DNA from: an uncultured SAR116 cluster alpha proteobacterium
GTDB lineage: Bacteria > Pseudomonadota > Alphaproteobacteria > Puniceispirillales > GCA-002684695
Direction of reading: 5' to 3'
DNA length: 64,000 nt
Assembly (NCBI GenBank): GCA_902522415.1
Contig: CABYVI010000003.1
Span: 5,092 to 69,091, forward strand
The notes under the pieces are model-generated. The model worked only from the letters and a program-made list of their open reading frames with translations. It did not search any database and was not told where the DNA came from. Both the position numbers and the translations under genes were made by a program. Positions 34,615 through 45,256 of the stretch are shown here, in pieces. The first letter of the stretch is position 1. Every line of letters begins with the position of its first letter.

Positions 34615-36342
34615 ATGGCTGAAACTACCGCAAATGAAATTCAAAGTGATTTAACAACTACTTCAACTAGCACTGGTGTCATGGCTAGAACTGGAGGGGC
34701 AATTTCTGAATTAAGGAGAATGGCAAGCCAACCTGCGGTTCAAAGAGCTATGCCAGCCGCTGCGGCTATACTAGTTGCTTTTATAGGTTTAGTTGCTTAT
34801 TTAATATTACAACAGCCAAGCAGAACTACTTTGTATGCTTCTCTTCCTGAGTCAGAAAAATCAAAAATACTAGATGCATTAACTAATTCAGGTATTGACG
34901 CTACTATCGACCCTACTACTGGTGATGTTATGGTGCCAGTTCCTGATTATCATGAATCAAAGATGAAATTAGCTGCGCAAGGATTACCAACAAGTGTGCC
35001 AGGCGGCTATGATTCTCTTGGTGAAATTCAAATGGGAACAAGTAGAGCTGTTGAAAGTATGCGACTTAAAGAGAGCCAAGAAATTGAATTAGCCAGATCT
35101 ATTTCTGAGATAGATTACGTTACTGCATCAAGAGTTCACTTAGCAATTCCTGAAAAATCAGTTTTTGTTAGGGATACAGCACCCGTTACAGCATCTGTAT
35201 TTGTTCAACTTCTTGAAGGACGTGCACTTGGTGCTTCCCAAGTAAAAGCTATAACTCACTTAGTATCTTCATCAGTGCCTGGTTTAAATGAGGAAAATGT
35301 TACGATTGTAGATCAATATGGGAAACTTTTATCAAATCCTATTGATGATCCAGAATCAATTTTATCAAATTCTCAATTGCAGCACAGAGTTAGATTAGAA
35401 AATATTTATCGTAGTAGGGTTATTTCTATAATTACTCCAATTGTAGGTGCTGGAAATGTGTCTGCACAGATTAATCTTGAATTGGATTTTACCTTATCAG
35501 AAGAAACCGAAGAAATTGTAGATCCAGAGCAAAGTGTTTTACGTAGTGAACAAAATACATTGGATACTACAACTGACGGCAAAGCAAAAGGGATACCTGG
35601 AGCATTATCAAACACACCTCCCATGGCTGCAGAATTAAAAAATTCTCCTGCAGCTGCTACTGCTGGTCAAAGTGTTTTAAGCTCCTCCTCAAGTAACGTA
35701 AGAAACTATGAAATTAGTAGAAAAGTATTAACAAAGAAAAACCCATCCGGAGGCATTACTAAAATTCAGGCTGCCGTTTTAGTAAGAGAAACGACTAGCT
35801 TAAATGAAGATGGTGTAGAAGTATCATCTATATCCGATGCAACCAAGGAAAGAATTACTTTGTTAGTAAAAGATGTGATTGGTTTCAACGAAGATAGAGG
35901 TGACAGCTTAACTGTATCAAGCAGTCCTTTTGTTGCTACAATAGAAGGCGTAAATTTACCTTGGTATGAATTGGATTGGATACAAAAGGGTTTAACGCAA
36001 GCTATAATGGTAATTTTATTAGGCATTGTGACTTTTGGGGTATTAAGACCTCTTGTTAATAGAATTATAGTACCGATTGATGCTGGTCGTCCAGGAGAGC
36101 CTATCAGTGGGACTGATGACGATGAAGTGGACCTAGATAAAGTTACTGTTCAAGAAGGTGAGACTTTAGAAGATATTAAAGCAAAACTAAAACCAAAGAA
36201 ACAAACTATTTCAGCTGAAATGCTTGATACAGCAAATACATATGATGATAAAGTTGCTGTAATAAGAATGATAGTAAGTGATGAAGCTGGAAGAGTATCA
36301 AATGTGTTTAGAACAATGATGAAGAAAGATATAGAAATATAA
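34615..36342 (+). CDS. fliF: Flagellar MS-ring protein FliF
   Basis: 575 aa; N-terminal TM segment, LAAQGLP, ELARSI...V.SARVHLAIPE, second TM near the C-terminus. Confidence 0.95.
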   Translation: MAETTANEIQSDLTTTSTSTGVMARTGGAISELRRMASQPAVQRAMPAAAAILVAFIGLVAYLILQQPSRTTLYASLPESEKSKILDALTNSGIDATIDPTTGDVMVPVPDYHESKMKLAAQGLPTSVPGGYDSLGEIQMGTSRAVESMRLKESQEIELARSISEIDYVTASRVHLAIPEKSVFVRDTAPVTASVFVQLLEGRALGASQVKAITHLVSSSVPGLNEENVTIVDQYGKLLSNPIDDPESILSNSQLQHRVRLENIYRSRVISIITPIVGAGNVSAQINLELDFTLSEETEEIVDPEQSVLRSEQNTLDTTTDGKAKGIPGALSNTPPMAAELKNSPAAATAGQSVLSSSSSNVRNYEISRKVLTKKNPSGGITKIQAAVLVRETTSLNEDGVEVSSISDATKERITLLVKDVIGFNEDRGDSLTVSSSPFVATIEGVNLPWYELDWIQKGLTQAIMVILLGIVTFGVLRPLVNRIIVPIDAGRPGEPISGTDDDEVDLDKVTVQEGETLEDIKAKLKPKKQTISAEMLDTANTYDDKVAVIRMIVSDEAGRVSNVFRTMMKKDIEI

Positions 36343-36398
36343 TTTCAAGTTAAATTAATTAAAAATTTAGACTAATATAATTTATAACGGAGTAAAAG

Positions 36399-37436
36399 AT
36401 GGCAGAAGCAGTTGAGAACAATGAAGAACAGGATGAATATTCCAAACTTACTGGTACTCAAAAATGTGCTATACTAATGATGCTTCTTGGTGAAGAAGAA
36501 GCCTCGGAGATACTAAGAAACTTAGGCCCTAAAGAAGTACAGCATTTAGGATCAGCTATGTACTCTGTTCAAGGCCTAGATCAAGTTACTGTTAATCGTG
36601 TTCTAGATGAATTTTTATCTATCATTAAAGCTCAAACAAGCTTGGGATTAGGTGCAGGCAATTATATCAAGAATGTCTTAACTAAAGCTTTAGGTGATGA
36701 TAAAGCGCAGTCTGTATTAAGTAGAATAACTCCCGTAAGCAGTGACAGGCCTATTGAAATACTTGATTGGATGGATGCTAGATCAATAGCTGAATTAATC
36801 TCTGATGAGCACCCACAAATTATATCTTTAGTAATTTCATATTTAGAATTTGGTTTAGCGGCAGATGTTTTAGGACTTCTACCACATAATTTACAACCTG
36901 ATATTATTAAACGAATTGCAACTCTTCAAACTGTTCAACCCGATGCGTTGGCAGAGTTAGAGAGGGTTATGCAAAGAAAGTTTAAAGATAATACATCTTT
37001 AAGAGCATCACAAGTTGGAGGTGTTAAAGCCGCTGCTAAGATCATGAATTTCACCAAGCAACAGATGGAAACTAGAATAATGAAATCTCTCAATAGAGAA
37101 GATAAAAATCTTATGCAACAAATTCAAGATAGTATGTTTGTCTTTGATAATCTAATTATGGCTGACGATAAATCATTACAAACACTTCTCAGAAACGTTG
37201 ACAATGAAATGCTAATTTTATCACTTAAAGGAGCAGATGAACCTTTAAGAGAGAAGATTTTTTCATGTATGTCAACAAGGGCTGCAGCGAATATTCAAGA
37301 CGAAATGGGTGCTATGGGTCCAGTAAGACTTACTGAAGTTCAAGAAGCACAAAAGCAAATAATTTCTGTTGCAAGAAGATTATCTGATGAAGGCACAATT
37401 GTGTTGGCAGGCAGAGGTGGCGATGATTTTGTTTAA
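36399..37436 (+). CDS. fliG: Flagellar motor switch protein FliG
   Basis: 345 aa; LTGTQKCAILMMLLGEEEASEILRNL, MFVFDNL, EAQKQIISVARRL. Confidence 0.95.
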   Translation: MAEAVENNEEQDEYSKLTGTQKCAILMMLLGEEEASEILRNLGPKEVQHLGSAMYSVQGLDQVTVNRVLDEFLSIIKAQTSLGLGAGNYIKNVLTKALGDDKAQSVLSRITPVSSDRPIEILDWMDARSIAELISDEHPQIISLVISYLEFGLAADVLGLLPHNLQPDIIKRIATLQTVQPDALAELERVMQRKFKDNTSLRASQVGGVKAAAKIMNFTKQQMETRIMKSLNREDKNLMQQIQDSMFVFDNLIMADDKSLQTLLRNVDNEMLILSLKGADEPLREKIFSCMSTRAAANIQDEMGAMGPVRLTEVQEAQKQIISVARRLSDEGTIVLAGRGGDDFV

Positions 37437-37475
37437 ATCAAAAAAATGAAATATTCAGTAAAGTAATTAATTTTC

Positions 37476-38495
37476 ATGGAAAAAGCAGAAAACATCAAAA
37501 AGCTTGATACTTACGAACCTCAAGTATTAAGAAAAGCAGAAATTACAAGAATTTTGGATTCTGTAAAAAATGCGTCTTTTAATCCAAAAGAAACAAATAA
37601 CTCTCCAGAAAATACTTCATTTAAAAAGAGAACCTTATTAGATATTGCTTTAGAATCGTCTAGTTCAAAAAATTCCTCAGACGGTAATGTATCTAGTGGG
37701 GATGAAGTGAAAAGTGAAGAAAAACTTGAAGAAGATAAAACTAAATCTGACCAAAACCTTGAAACAGAAAAAAAATTGTCAAATGAAAATTATGTTAATG
37801 ACACAAGTGAAGATAATTTTAACGAGTTAAATAAACAACAATTAATAGAAGAAAATAATGCTTTATTAGAGCAAAAAATTAAAGAAGCTGAACAAATTGC
37901 TTTTGAAAAAGGGAAACAAGAAGGTTTAAAAGAAGGCCATGAAGCTGGTGTTTCTGAAGCACGAGCGCAATCTCAAGAGGGTTTAGATGGAGCGATTTCT
38001 GTTTTCAGGATTGCTGCTGAAACTATTGATAATAATAACCATGCTAATCTAGATATACTCAATGACTCTATCCAAAAAACTATTATCGAACTTACTCAAC
38101 AAAGTGTAGGTTTCATATTAGATTCATTTCCTGAAAAACTAGTAAAGAGAATTAAAGAATTTTCTAAAATCATAAATGAAAATCTTAAAAAAATCTCATT
38201 GGAGATTAACGACGAAGACTACGATATTATTAAAGAATTTATTCAAGGAGATGATTTTTTAGCTTCGATTAATTTTATTCAAAATAAAGAGTTATCCAGG
38301 GGAGATATGAAATTAAATGCTGACGGAATTAAAGTTGAAGACATAATGAGTTTTAGAGAATTAAATTTAATTGATGAGTTAAGAGGACCTGATGCTGAAA
38401 CAAATCCTGTTGAAAGTTCAGCTGATACCCCTGCCGAAGCCAGTGAAACATCTGATCCTGAAACAAATCCTGTAAAAAAGGATGAAAATGAATAA
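37476..38495 (+). CDS. fliH: Flagellar export protein FliH (long acidic, low-complexity N-terminus)
   Basis: Lies between fliG and fliI; central coiled coil AFEKGKQEGLKEGHEAGVSEA is typical of FliH; overlaps fliI by 14 nt. Confidence 0.65.
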   Translation: MEKAENIKKLDTYEPQVLRKAEITRILDSVKNASFNPKETNNSPENTSFKKRTLLDIALESSSSKNSSDGNVSSGDEVKSEEKLEEDKTKSDQNLETEKKLSNENYVNDTSEDNFNELNKQQLIEENNALLEQKIKEAEQIAFEKGKQEGLKEGHEAGVSEARAQSQEGLDGAISVFRIAAETIDNNNHANLDILNDSIQKTIIELTQQSVGFILDSFPEKLVKRIKEFSKIINENLKKISLEINDEDYDIIKEFIQGDDFLASINFIQNKELSRGDMKLNADGIKVEDIMSFRELNLIDELRGPDAETNPVESSADTPAEASETSDPETNPVKKDENE

Positions 38496-39813
38496 ATTTG
38501 TTAATAACACAATTCAGAATATTGGTCTTGTTAAGGGATTAAGAAAAAAAATTTATTCTGGAAGGGTTAGTAGATATGACGGAAATACAATAGAATGCAG
38601 TGGATTTCCAGCTACAATTGGAACACTTTGTAAAGTATTAACTGACGATGGATCAGCTGCAATTGCTGAAATTATAGGTTTTTCAAATGGCAATAATCTT
38701 GCAGCTATGCACCAACCTAATAGCAGGGTTTTAGTTGGTTCAGAAGTAGTTGCTTTTGATGATGGTTTTTCTATACCAGTAGGCCCAGGAATTCTTGGTA
38801 GAGTTGTTGATGCTTTAGGCCAACCTCTAGATGGTAATATGATCCACGAAGTAAATGAAAGTTGGCCACTAGCAGGCGAGAAAATTAACCCTCTAGAAAG
38901 AAAAGCGGTTGATAGTCCTCTTGATGTTGGAGTAAGAGTAATAAATTCCTTACTAACTGTAGGTAAAGGTCAAAGACTTGGCATTATTGCAGGTTCTGGT
39001 GTTGGAAAATCAGTTTTATTAGGCATGATAACTCGGTTCACTACCGCTGATATTGTTGTTGTAGGTTTAATAGGTGAAAGAGGAAGAGAGGTAGGTAATT
39101 TTGTCAGCTCTAATTTAACAGAAGATACAAAAAAAAGAACTGTTATGGTTGTTGAACCAGCAGACAGATCTCCATTACTTAGAATTAGAGCAGCAAATAG
39201 AGCCACAGCAATAGCTGAATACTTTCGTGATAAAGGGAAAAATGTTCTATTGATTATGGATTCTTTGACAAGAGTTGCTCATGCTAGAAGAGAAATTGGC
39301 CTCGCATTAGGAGAGCAACCAACATCTAAAGGTTACCCACCTTCTGTGATATCTTTGATACCTACTCTAATTGAAAGAACTGGTTCAGGTTCTCACGGGA
39401 AAGGAACTATAACATCTTTTTATACAATTCTCGCTGACGGAGATGACCAAAATGATCCTGTCGTTGATACTGCAAGAGCAATTTTAGATGGTCATATTAT
39501 GTTATCAAGAGACCAAGCACAATTAGGAATTTATCCGGCAGTAGATGTACCTTCCTCAGTGAGTAGAGTGATGAATGAAATTGTTGATGAAAAACATATT
39601 CAGGCTAGCATTAAGTTTAGAGAACTTGTTACTACTTATAATGAAAATAGAGATTTATTGATGATGGGGGGCTATACACAGGGTCAGGATAAAATTCTTG
39701 ATCAAGCCATTGCTCTTTGGCCAAAAATTACTGAATTCATTAAACAAAAAGAAGATAAAATTGAAAACTTTAGTGCATCATTATCTCAGCTGATGCAAGT
39801 CTTTGGAAATTAA
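38482..39813 (+). CDS. fliI: Flagellum-specific ATPase FliI
   Basis: Walker A GSGVGKS, Walker B LLIMDSLTR, F1/T3SS-ATPase signature throughout. Confidence 0.95.
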   Translation: MKMNKFVNNTIQNIGLVKGLRKKIYSGRVSRYDGNTIECSGFPATIGTLCKVLTDDGSAAIAEIIGFSNGNNLAAMHQPNSRVLVGSEVVAFDDGFSIPVGPGILGRVVDALGQPLDGNMIHEVNESWPLAGEKINPLERKAVDSPLDVGVRVINSLLTVGKGQRLGIIAGSGVGKSVLLGMITRFTTADIVVVGLIGERGREVGNFVSSNLTEDTKKRTVMVVEPADRSPLLRIRAANRATAIAEYFRDKGKNVLLIMDSLTRVAHARREIGLALGEQPTSKGYPPSVISLIPTLIERTGSGSHGKGTITSFYTILADGDDQNDPVVDTARAILDGHIMLSRDQAQLGIYPAVDVPSSVSRVMNEIVDEKHIQASIKFRELVTTYNENRDLLMMGGYTQGQDKILDQAIALWPKITEFIKQKEDKIENFSASLSQLMQVFGN

Positions 39814-39819
39814 CATTCA

Positions 39820-40233
39820 ATGAATAAAAAAAATTTATTTGATCTTCTAGCTTTAAAAGAAAAAATTTCGTCTAGCAAATATATTCAAAAACTGAGACCG
39901 CTTAATGATGAAAAGTTAAAAATAATTAACATTCTTGAACAACTCAATGATTTGAAAGAAAATAAAAATACTTCAATATCCATGTCAGCATGGGAACTTA
40001 AGTCTGCATCTAATATCCAAGAAAAAATTTTTAATCAAATCGCAATAGCTGAAACACGAATAGAGAATATAAAAATAGAAATAAATGATTTAGAAAAAAA
40101 ATTTATTGAACATGAAATTAGAAAAAAAAGAGCCTTTGATAAGTCTCTATCAATAAATAAAGAGAAAAAATTAGAGAGTGACAAAAAATTAGATGATGAA
40201 ATTCAAACATATAGTAAGAGTAAATTAATATAA
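39820..40233 (+). CDS. fliJ: Flagellar export chaperone/stalk protein FliJ
   Basis: 137 aa, all coiled coil, follows fliI. Confidence 0.55.
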   Translation: MNKKNLFDLLALKEKISSSKYIQKLRPLNDEKLKIINILEQLNDLKENKNTSISMSAWELKSASNIQEKIFNQIAIAETRIENIKIEINDLEKKFIEHEIRKKRAFDKSLSINKEKKLESDKKLDDEIQTYSKSKLI

Positions 40234-40244
40234 TTTATAATCAT

Positions 40245-40260
40245 GGCATTAATATTGCAA
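40245..40260 (+). promoter_or_regulatory. Sigma-54 promoter upstream of fliK
   Basis: TGGCAT-TAATA-TTGCA. Confidence 0.65.
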
Positions 40261-40291
40261 TCTTGGAATCATTGTACAATATGAGGTTATA

Positions 40292-41794
40292 ATGGTTGCT
40301 GTAGGTTCAAAATCTATACCTGAAAAACAAAGTATTTCTGTTGGAGTATCAAAAAACTCTGAAAATAATTTAGAAAATGAACTTTTTGGTGATATATTTG
40401 CTTCTACTTCTCTAGATACAAAAAAAAATCCTCTTTCTTCTGATAACATAGAAACAGATGATGTCGAAATAACTAAGCAAGAGCATCAAGTTAAAACAAG
40501 CTCAATAAGTAAGGAAGATTCTCAAATTAATACTAACAGTATTGTTGTTAATCAAAACATAGATGATAATACTGATTTGCCAAAATTAGATTATAATTTG
40601 AATGAAGTTTTAAGGGACAATGTTTCCAACGATAAGGAACTAAGTTCAAATTTAAATGAGATTGATTTTGAAACAGGCGTTTCAGCAGAATTGAAAATTA
40701 TCAAAGAGAATTTTCCAATAGAAAATGATATAGGTGTTTTACAGGCTGGATATCTTAGCTATAAATTAAATAGAAATGCTGATAAAGAAACTAATACTAA
40801 AACTGAGAGTTATGTCTCGGAAACAGAAAATAATTTATATAAAAATAGTTTACACTTAAATCAATTTGTCAGAAAAGAAGAGTTTAAAACCAGTGAACAA
40901 AAGCCTGAAGAAACTCATGAATATTTCAATCCAAAAATACACTCAAATAAGTCAAGTTTGAATATAAACAATTTAACTGAGGAAGCAGTTTTAGTGAAAT
41001 CAGTGAACAAAGAAAAAGATCTAAATTATGATGATCATCTAGATAATATAAAAATTAATAAAGAAGATTATTCAAAATTAAACAAAAATGATAAACTAAT
41101 TTATAAAAAGTTTGATAATTTTAGTAATGATATGCAAAATCATGTTGATACAAATACAAACAGGTTTTTTGAAACTAAATACGTTAGTTCTACAAATACC
41201 TATATTCCTCAAAATAAAAATAATATATTGAACAATCAAACTAATTTAACAAATTCATCTTTTGAGCTAAGCAACCTCAATATTTCAAGTAATTTTAGTG
41301 GTGGTAGTTCTAATCAGCAAAATGGAACACAATCCCAAAATAGTGTTAATAATTTTCAGATGTTAAATGATATAAAAGAAAATCTTGATATGTCTGATAA
41401 AAGATGGGCATCTAACTTAGTTTCTCGTCTAAACAAAGCACATTCTTCAAATATTAATGAAATTGAATTAATATTAACACCAAAAAACTTAGGAAGAATG
41501 AAAATAAAAATAAGTCTTTCTGATAAAACAGCTTTTGTAAAAATTACAACTGATAGTGCAGCTGCCTCGTCATTAATTCAAGATGAGCAAGATAAACTCA
41601 ACGAAATGCTTAAAGAGGTTGGATTAGAGTTAGAAGATTTCTCTTCAAGCCAATCATTTCACCAAACATCTGACGATGGTAAAAATCAAGCCAATAAAGA
41701 TAGCAGTGAAACATTAGTCGATCTTAAGAGAAATGATAAAAGTGAAGAAAAACAATTTTTTAAAGACAAGAGTTTGTTAAATATTAAAGTATAA
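40292..41794 (+). CDS. fliK: Hook-length control protein FliK
   Basis: 500 aa; low-complexity N-terminus and middle; C-terminal Flg_hook-type domain IELILTPKNLGRMKIKISLSDKTAFVKITTDSAAASSLI. Confidence 0.75.
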   Translation: MVAVGSKSIPEKQSISVGVSKNSENNLENELFGDIFASTSLDTKKNPLSSDNIETDDVEITKQEHQVKTSSISKEDSQINTNSIVVNQNIDDNTDLPKLDYNLNEVLRDNVSNDKELSSNLNEIDFETGVSAELKIIKENFPIENDIGVLQAGYLSYKLNRNADKETNTKTESYVSETENNLYKNSLHLNQFVRKEEFKTSEQKPEETHEYFNPKIHSNKSSLNINNLTEEAVLVKSVNKEKDLNYDDHLDNIKINKEDYSKLNKNDKLIYKKFDNFSNDMQNHVDTNTNRFFETKYVSSTNTYIPQNKNNILNNQTNLTNSSFELSNLNISSNFSGGSSNQQNGTQSQNSVNNFQMLNDIKENLDMSDKRWASNLVSRLNKAHSSNINEIELILTPKNLGRMKIKISLSDKTAFVKITTDSAAASSLIQDEQDKLNEMLKEVGLELEDFSSSQSFHQTSDDGKNQANKDSSETLVDLKRNDKSEEKQFFKDKSLLNIKV

Positions 41795-41825
41795 ATAAAT
41801 TATTAATAAAATAAGGGATTTTATT

Positions 41826-42395
41826 ATGGCTGAAGAAGAAAAAGAAGAGAAGAAAAGCAGTAAATTAATGCCAATTTTAATTGGTGCTGCAGGGGGTATA
41901 GTTTTATTATTAGCAGGTTTAGCTTTAGGATTTTTTCTATTTTCTTCTCCTGCTGCTGATCCTTCAGCTGAAGTTGATGAAATTATTGAAAAAAATACTG
42001 AAGATGATGAAGAAACTGAAGAAGATGATAATTCAACTCCTGATAAGGTTGCATTAGACACCCCTGAAAACCAAGTTTTTTTAACAACTTATTATGAATT
42101 CCCTGGTTCGTTTACTACAAACCTTATGAATTCTAGAAAATTTTTACAAATTTCAGTTGGAGTTTCTACACAATATGATGATAGAGTAATGGTTAATGTC
42201 GAAGCACACCAATTGGCCTTGAGGTCAGAAATTTTAGGCACAATGAGTGAGTTTACAGAAGAAAGTATACAGGGCAAAGCTGGTAGAGAAGCTTTAGCAA
42301 TGTCTCTTCAAGATGCAATAAATTCAAAATTAGAAATGTTAGAGAATTTTGGAGGAATTGATGAAGTTCATTTTACTTCATTTGTTTTACAATAA
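41826..42395 (+). CDS. fliL: Flagellar basal-body-associated protein FliL
   Basis: Single N-terminal TM segment; YYEFPGSFTTNL...RKFLQISVGV...LALRSEILGTM. Confidence 0.8.
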   Translation: MAEEEKEEKKSSKLMPILIGAAGGIVLLLAGLALGFFLFSSPAADPSAEVDEIIEKNTEDDEETEEDDNSTPDKVALDTPENQVFLTTYYEFPGSFTTNLMNSRKFLQISVGVSTQYDDRVMVNVEAHQLALRSEILGTMSEFTEESIQGKAGREALAMSLQDAINSKLEMLENFGGIDEVHFTSFVLQ

Positions 42396-42429
42396 TAATG
42401 ATTAAATCAATTCAAACTAAGGATCTTTA

Positions 42430-43416
42430 ATGTCTACATCCAGAAAACTATCAACAGACGAAGTCGATGCTTTAATGGAAGGACTCCAATCCGGAGTTAT
42501 TTCAACGGAAGGTAATATAAGTCCAGAAGCTGAAGTTAGACCATTTGTCTTTGGATCAGATGACCTTTCATTGCTGGGAGATTATTATGCTCTAAGATTA
42601 ATAAATGAGAGATTTGCAAGATTGGCTCGAAGTACCTTTTTGCCAATGTTAAGAATTCAACCACGAATAAGTTCTTTCCCACCTGAAGTAAAAACTTTTG
42701 ACGAATACTGTAGTAGCATTGATGGTTTCATGAGTTTAAACACAAGTAGGATTGAGGAATTGAAGGGTTTATTGCTTACCGTTTTGCACCCAAGTTTTAT
42801 TTCAGTATTAACAAACTCATATTACGGTGGTGAGATTTCTCTGTCACAAAATCAAAGAACAGAATTTACTGCTACTGAAGAAAGAGTAATTGAAATAATA
42901 TCTAGTGGTTTAAATGATGCGCTTGAGATATCATGGCGTGACCTGATGCCAATTAACCTTAGAGAACAAGGTAGAGAAGTTAACCCTCAATTTACTTCAT
43001 TTGTTGATGGAAGTGACTTAGTCATTATATGTTCTTTTGTTGTACAGTTACCAGAAATTGATGCTGCTACTTTTGATATAATTTATCCATTACAAACATT
43101 AAAACCAATTGCGTCACAACTTAGATCTAGAGTTCAATCAGATGTTATTGACGATGACTTAACATGGAGAGACAGATTGGAAAAAGCTGTATTAGATATT
43201 CCCCTTCATGTTACTGCAAGGTTAAGTGAACCAACAGTTCAAATGCCAAAATTGTTAAATATGAATGTTGGAGACACAATGCCGATTTCAGTTAGTGACG
43301 GAGTTGAACTTCTTGTAGAGGGAACAGAAATTTTTGAAGGTGATATTGGTGAGGTTGCCGGACAATCAGCAATAAACTTAACAAAAAGAATTGAACAAAT
43401 AGAAAATGAAATTTAA
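42430..43416 (+). CDS. fliM: Flagellar motor switch protein FliM
   Basis: 328 aa; N-terminal LSTDEVDALMEG (CheY-P binding-type peptide), FliM middle domain, C-terminal SpoA-like domain. Confidence 0.9.
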   Translation: MSTSRKLSTDEVDALMEGLQSGVISTEGNISPEAEVRPFVFGSDDLSLLGDYYALRLINERFARLARSTFLPMLRIQPRISSFPPEVKTFDEYCSSIDGFMSLNTSRIEELKGLLLTVLHPSFISVLTNSYYGGEISLSQNQRTEFTATEERVIEIISSGLNDALEISWRDLMPINLREQGREVNPQFTSFVDGSDLVIICSFVVQLPEIDAATFDIIYPLQTLKPIASQLRSRVQSDVIDDDLTWRDRLEKAVLDIPLHVTARLSEPTVQMPKLLNMNVGDTMPISVSDGVELLVEGTEIFEGDIGEVAGQSAINLTKRIEQIENEI

Positions 43417-43430
43417 TATGGAGTGTTACC

Positions 43431-43772
43431 ATGGCCGAAGAAAATGAAATAGTTGAAGAAAATGTAGAAGCCGCAGAGGCACAGGCTGAGCCTGAAACAA
43501 AAGAGCGTGGCAGCAGTGAAAATTTGAGAGTTCTTGAGAATATTGAAGTCAAGTTGACTGTAGAAGTTGGAAGTACTGAAATTAAAATAAGAGACTTATT
43601 AAAATTAAATGAGGGATCAGTAGTTGAATTGGATAGACTAGCTGGTGATCCTCTTGACATTCTAGCTAATGGAACAACAATTGCTAAAGGTGAGGTTGTT
43701 ATGGTTGGTGAAAGATTTGGAATTAGATTTACTGAAGTTGCAGATCCCGAGGAAAGAGTCCAAAACTTATAA
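43431..43772 (+). CDS. fliN: Flagellar motor switch protein FliN
   Basis: LENIEVKLTVEVGSTEIKIRDLLKLNEGSVVELDRLAGDPLDILANG..IAKGEVV. Confidence 0.95.
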   Translation: MAEENEIVEENVEAAEAQAEPETKERGSSENLRVLENIEVKLTVEVGSTEIKIRDLLKLNEGSVVELDRLAGDPLDILANGTTIAKGEVVMVGERFGIRFTEVADPEERVQNL

Positions 43773-43857
43773 GTCAAAAATCTGACATTTTTTTATTTTT
43801 GCTAACTTACCTTTAATAAATACCTTAAAACCTCACAAATAAAAGAATACTGACATT

Positions 43858-43873
43858 TGGCATGTTATTTGCC
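43858..43873 (+). promoter_or_regulatory. Sigma-54 promoter upstream of fliO-fliPQR-flhB
   Basis: TGGCAT-GTTAT-TTGCC in the 130-nt fliN-fliO gap. Confidence 0.6.
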
Positions 43874-43903
43874 TTTTCCAAATATATTAAATTTGGAGTA
43901 TTT

Positions 43904-44212
43904 ATGGGCATTGAAGATCCAATTTGGGGAAGAGTAATAATTGTACTTTTTTTCATTATAATTCTTTTAGGAGCTTTATATTTTTCAAAATATAGAGGAA
44001 AAGAATTTTTTTCTAAACTTTCCAACAATGAATTTCTTAAACTTGACGAAACAATTTCAATATCAAATGTTTCAAAAGTAAGTTTGATTACTGCTCACAA
44101 CCAAAAGTTTTTAATTATTCATGGTAAAGGCCAAAGTGCCTCAATAAGTCACTTATCTCTAGATAATCAATTAAAATCAAATAAAACTAATCATTCTGAG
44201 GACTATCGTTAA
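43904..44212 (+). CDS. fliO: Flagellar biosynthesis protein FliO (start placed downstream of the predicted sigma-54 transcription start)
   Basis: Single-TM small protein before fliP; GGAG RBS before ATG 43904. Confidence 0.55.
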   Translation: MGIEDPIWGRVIIVLFFIIILLGALYFSKYRGKEFFSKLSNNEFLKLDETISISNVSKVSLITAHNQKFLIIHGKGQSASISHLSLDNQLKSNKTNHSEDYR

Positions 44213-44982
44213 TGATCAAGATTTTTAAAAAAAGTTATACCATTCAGGCATTAGTTATTTTATTTTCTCTTCTGTCTATACCAGCTATTGCTCAGTCTCT
44301 CCCGGGGTTGCCGGCACTGAATATTACAGAACAAAGCAATGGGGAAACAACTTACTCATTGTCTTTACAAATATTAGCTTTGATGACTGCATTAACAGTT
44401 TTACCCTCACTCGTTTTGGGAATGACTTCATTTACAAGAATAATTATTGTTTTATCAATTTTAAGACAAGCTATGGGAACTCAACAAACTCCTCCTAATC
44501 AGGTTCTTATTGCAATTGCGTTGTTCCTAAGCTTTTTTATTATGTCGCCAACCTTAACCAAAATTTATGATGAAACAATTACACCATTTATGGCGGAACA
44601 AATGTCTGCTGAAGATGCTATTCTTAATGGGAGCTCTCAAATCAAAGAATTCATGGTTAAAAATACACGAAAAAATGACCTTTCAATGTTCTCTGACATG
44701 TCAGGCACTGGATCATATGAAGGGCCTGGAGATGTTCCTTTTTCAGTTATATTACCTGCTTTTATAACTTCAGAACTTAAGACGGCTTTCCAAATTGGAT
44801 TTTTATTATTTTTGCCATTTTTAGTGATTGATATGGTTATTGCATCTATACTTATGTCCTTAGGAATGATGATGCTCTCACCAATGTTAGTTTCATTGCC
44901 ATTTAAACTATTATTATTTGTTCTTGTTGATGGATGGGCCATGACTGTTGGCTCCCTTGCAAGTACATTTGTAGCTATATAG
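44212..44982 (+). CDS. fliP: Flagellar export apparatus protein FliP
   Basis: FTRIIIVLSILRQAMGTQQTPPNQVLIAIALFLSFFIMSP, canonical. Confidence 0.95.
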   Translation: MIKIFKKSYTIQALVILFSLLSIPAIAQSLPGLPALNITEQSNGETTYSLSLQILALMTALTVLPSLVLGMTSFTRIIIVLSILRQAMGTQQTPPNQVLIAIALFLSFFIMSPTLTKIYDETITPFMAEQMSAEDAILNGSSQIKEFMVKNTRKNDLSMFSDMSGTGSYEGPGDVPFSVILPAFITSELKTAFQIGFLLFLPFLVIDMVIASILMSLGMMMLSPMLVSLPFKLLLFVLVDGWAMTVGSLASTFVAI

Positions 44983-44989
44983 GTTATTT

Positions 44990-45256
44990 ATGACTTTTGA
45001 TGGAAATATTGACATGCTTGAAATGGCCTTTTGGCAAATCATTTTAGCATCAGCGCCTGTTTTATTAATTGCATTGGCAATTGGTTTATTTATTGGTATT
45101 TTTCAAGCAGCAACTTCAATAAATGAAATGACACTAAGTTTTGTACCTAAAGTGATTATTGTAATGCTTACGTTGTTGGTAACTGCAAACTTTGTTTTTA
45201 TTTCTTTAACAGATTACTTTCAGTTTATATTTGATCAAATTGCGGCTCTAAATTAA
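44990..45256 (+). CDS. fliQ: Flagellar export apparatus protein FliQ
   Basis: 88 aa, two TM segments, PVLLIALAIGLFIGIFQAATSINEMTLSFVPK. Confidence 0.9.
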   Translation: MTFDGNIDMLEMAFWQIILASAPVLLIALAIGLFIGIFQAATSINEMTLSFVPKVIIVMLTLLVTANFVFISLTDYFQFIFDQIAALN

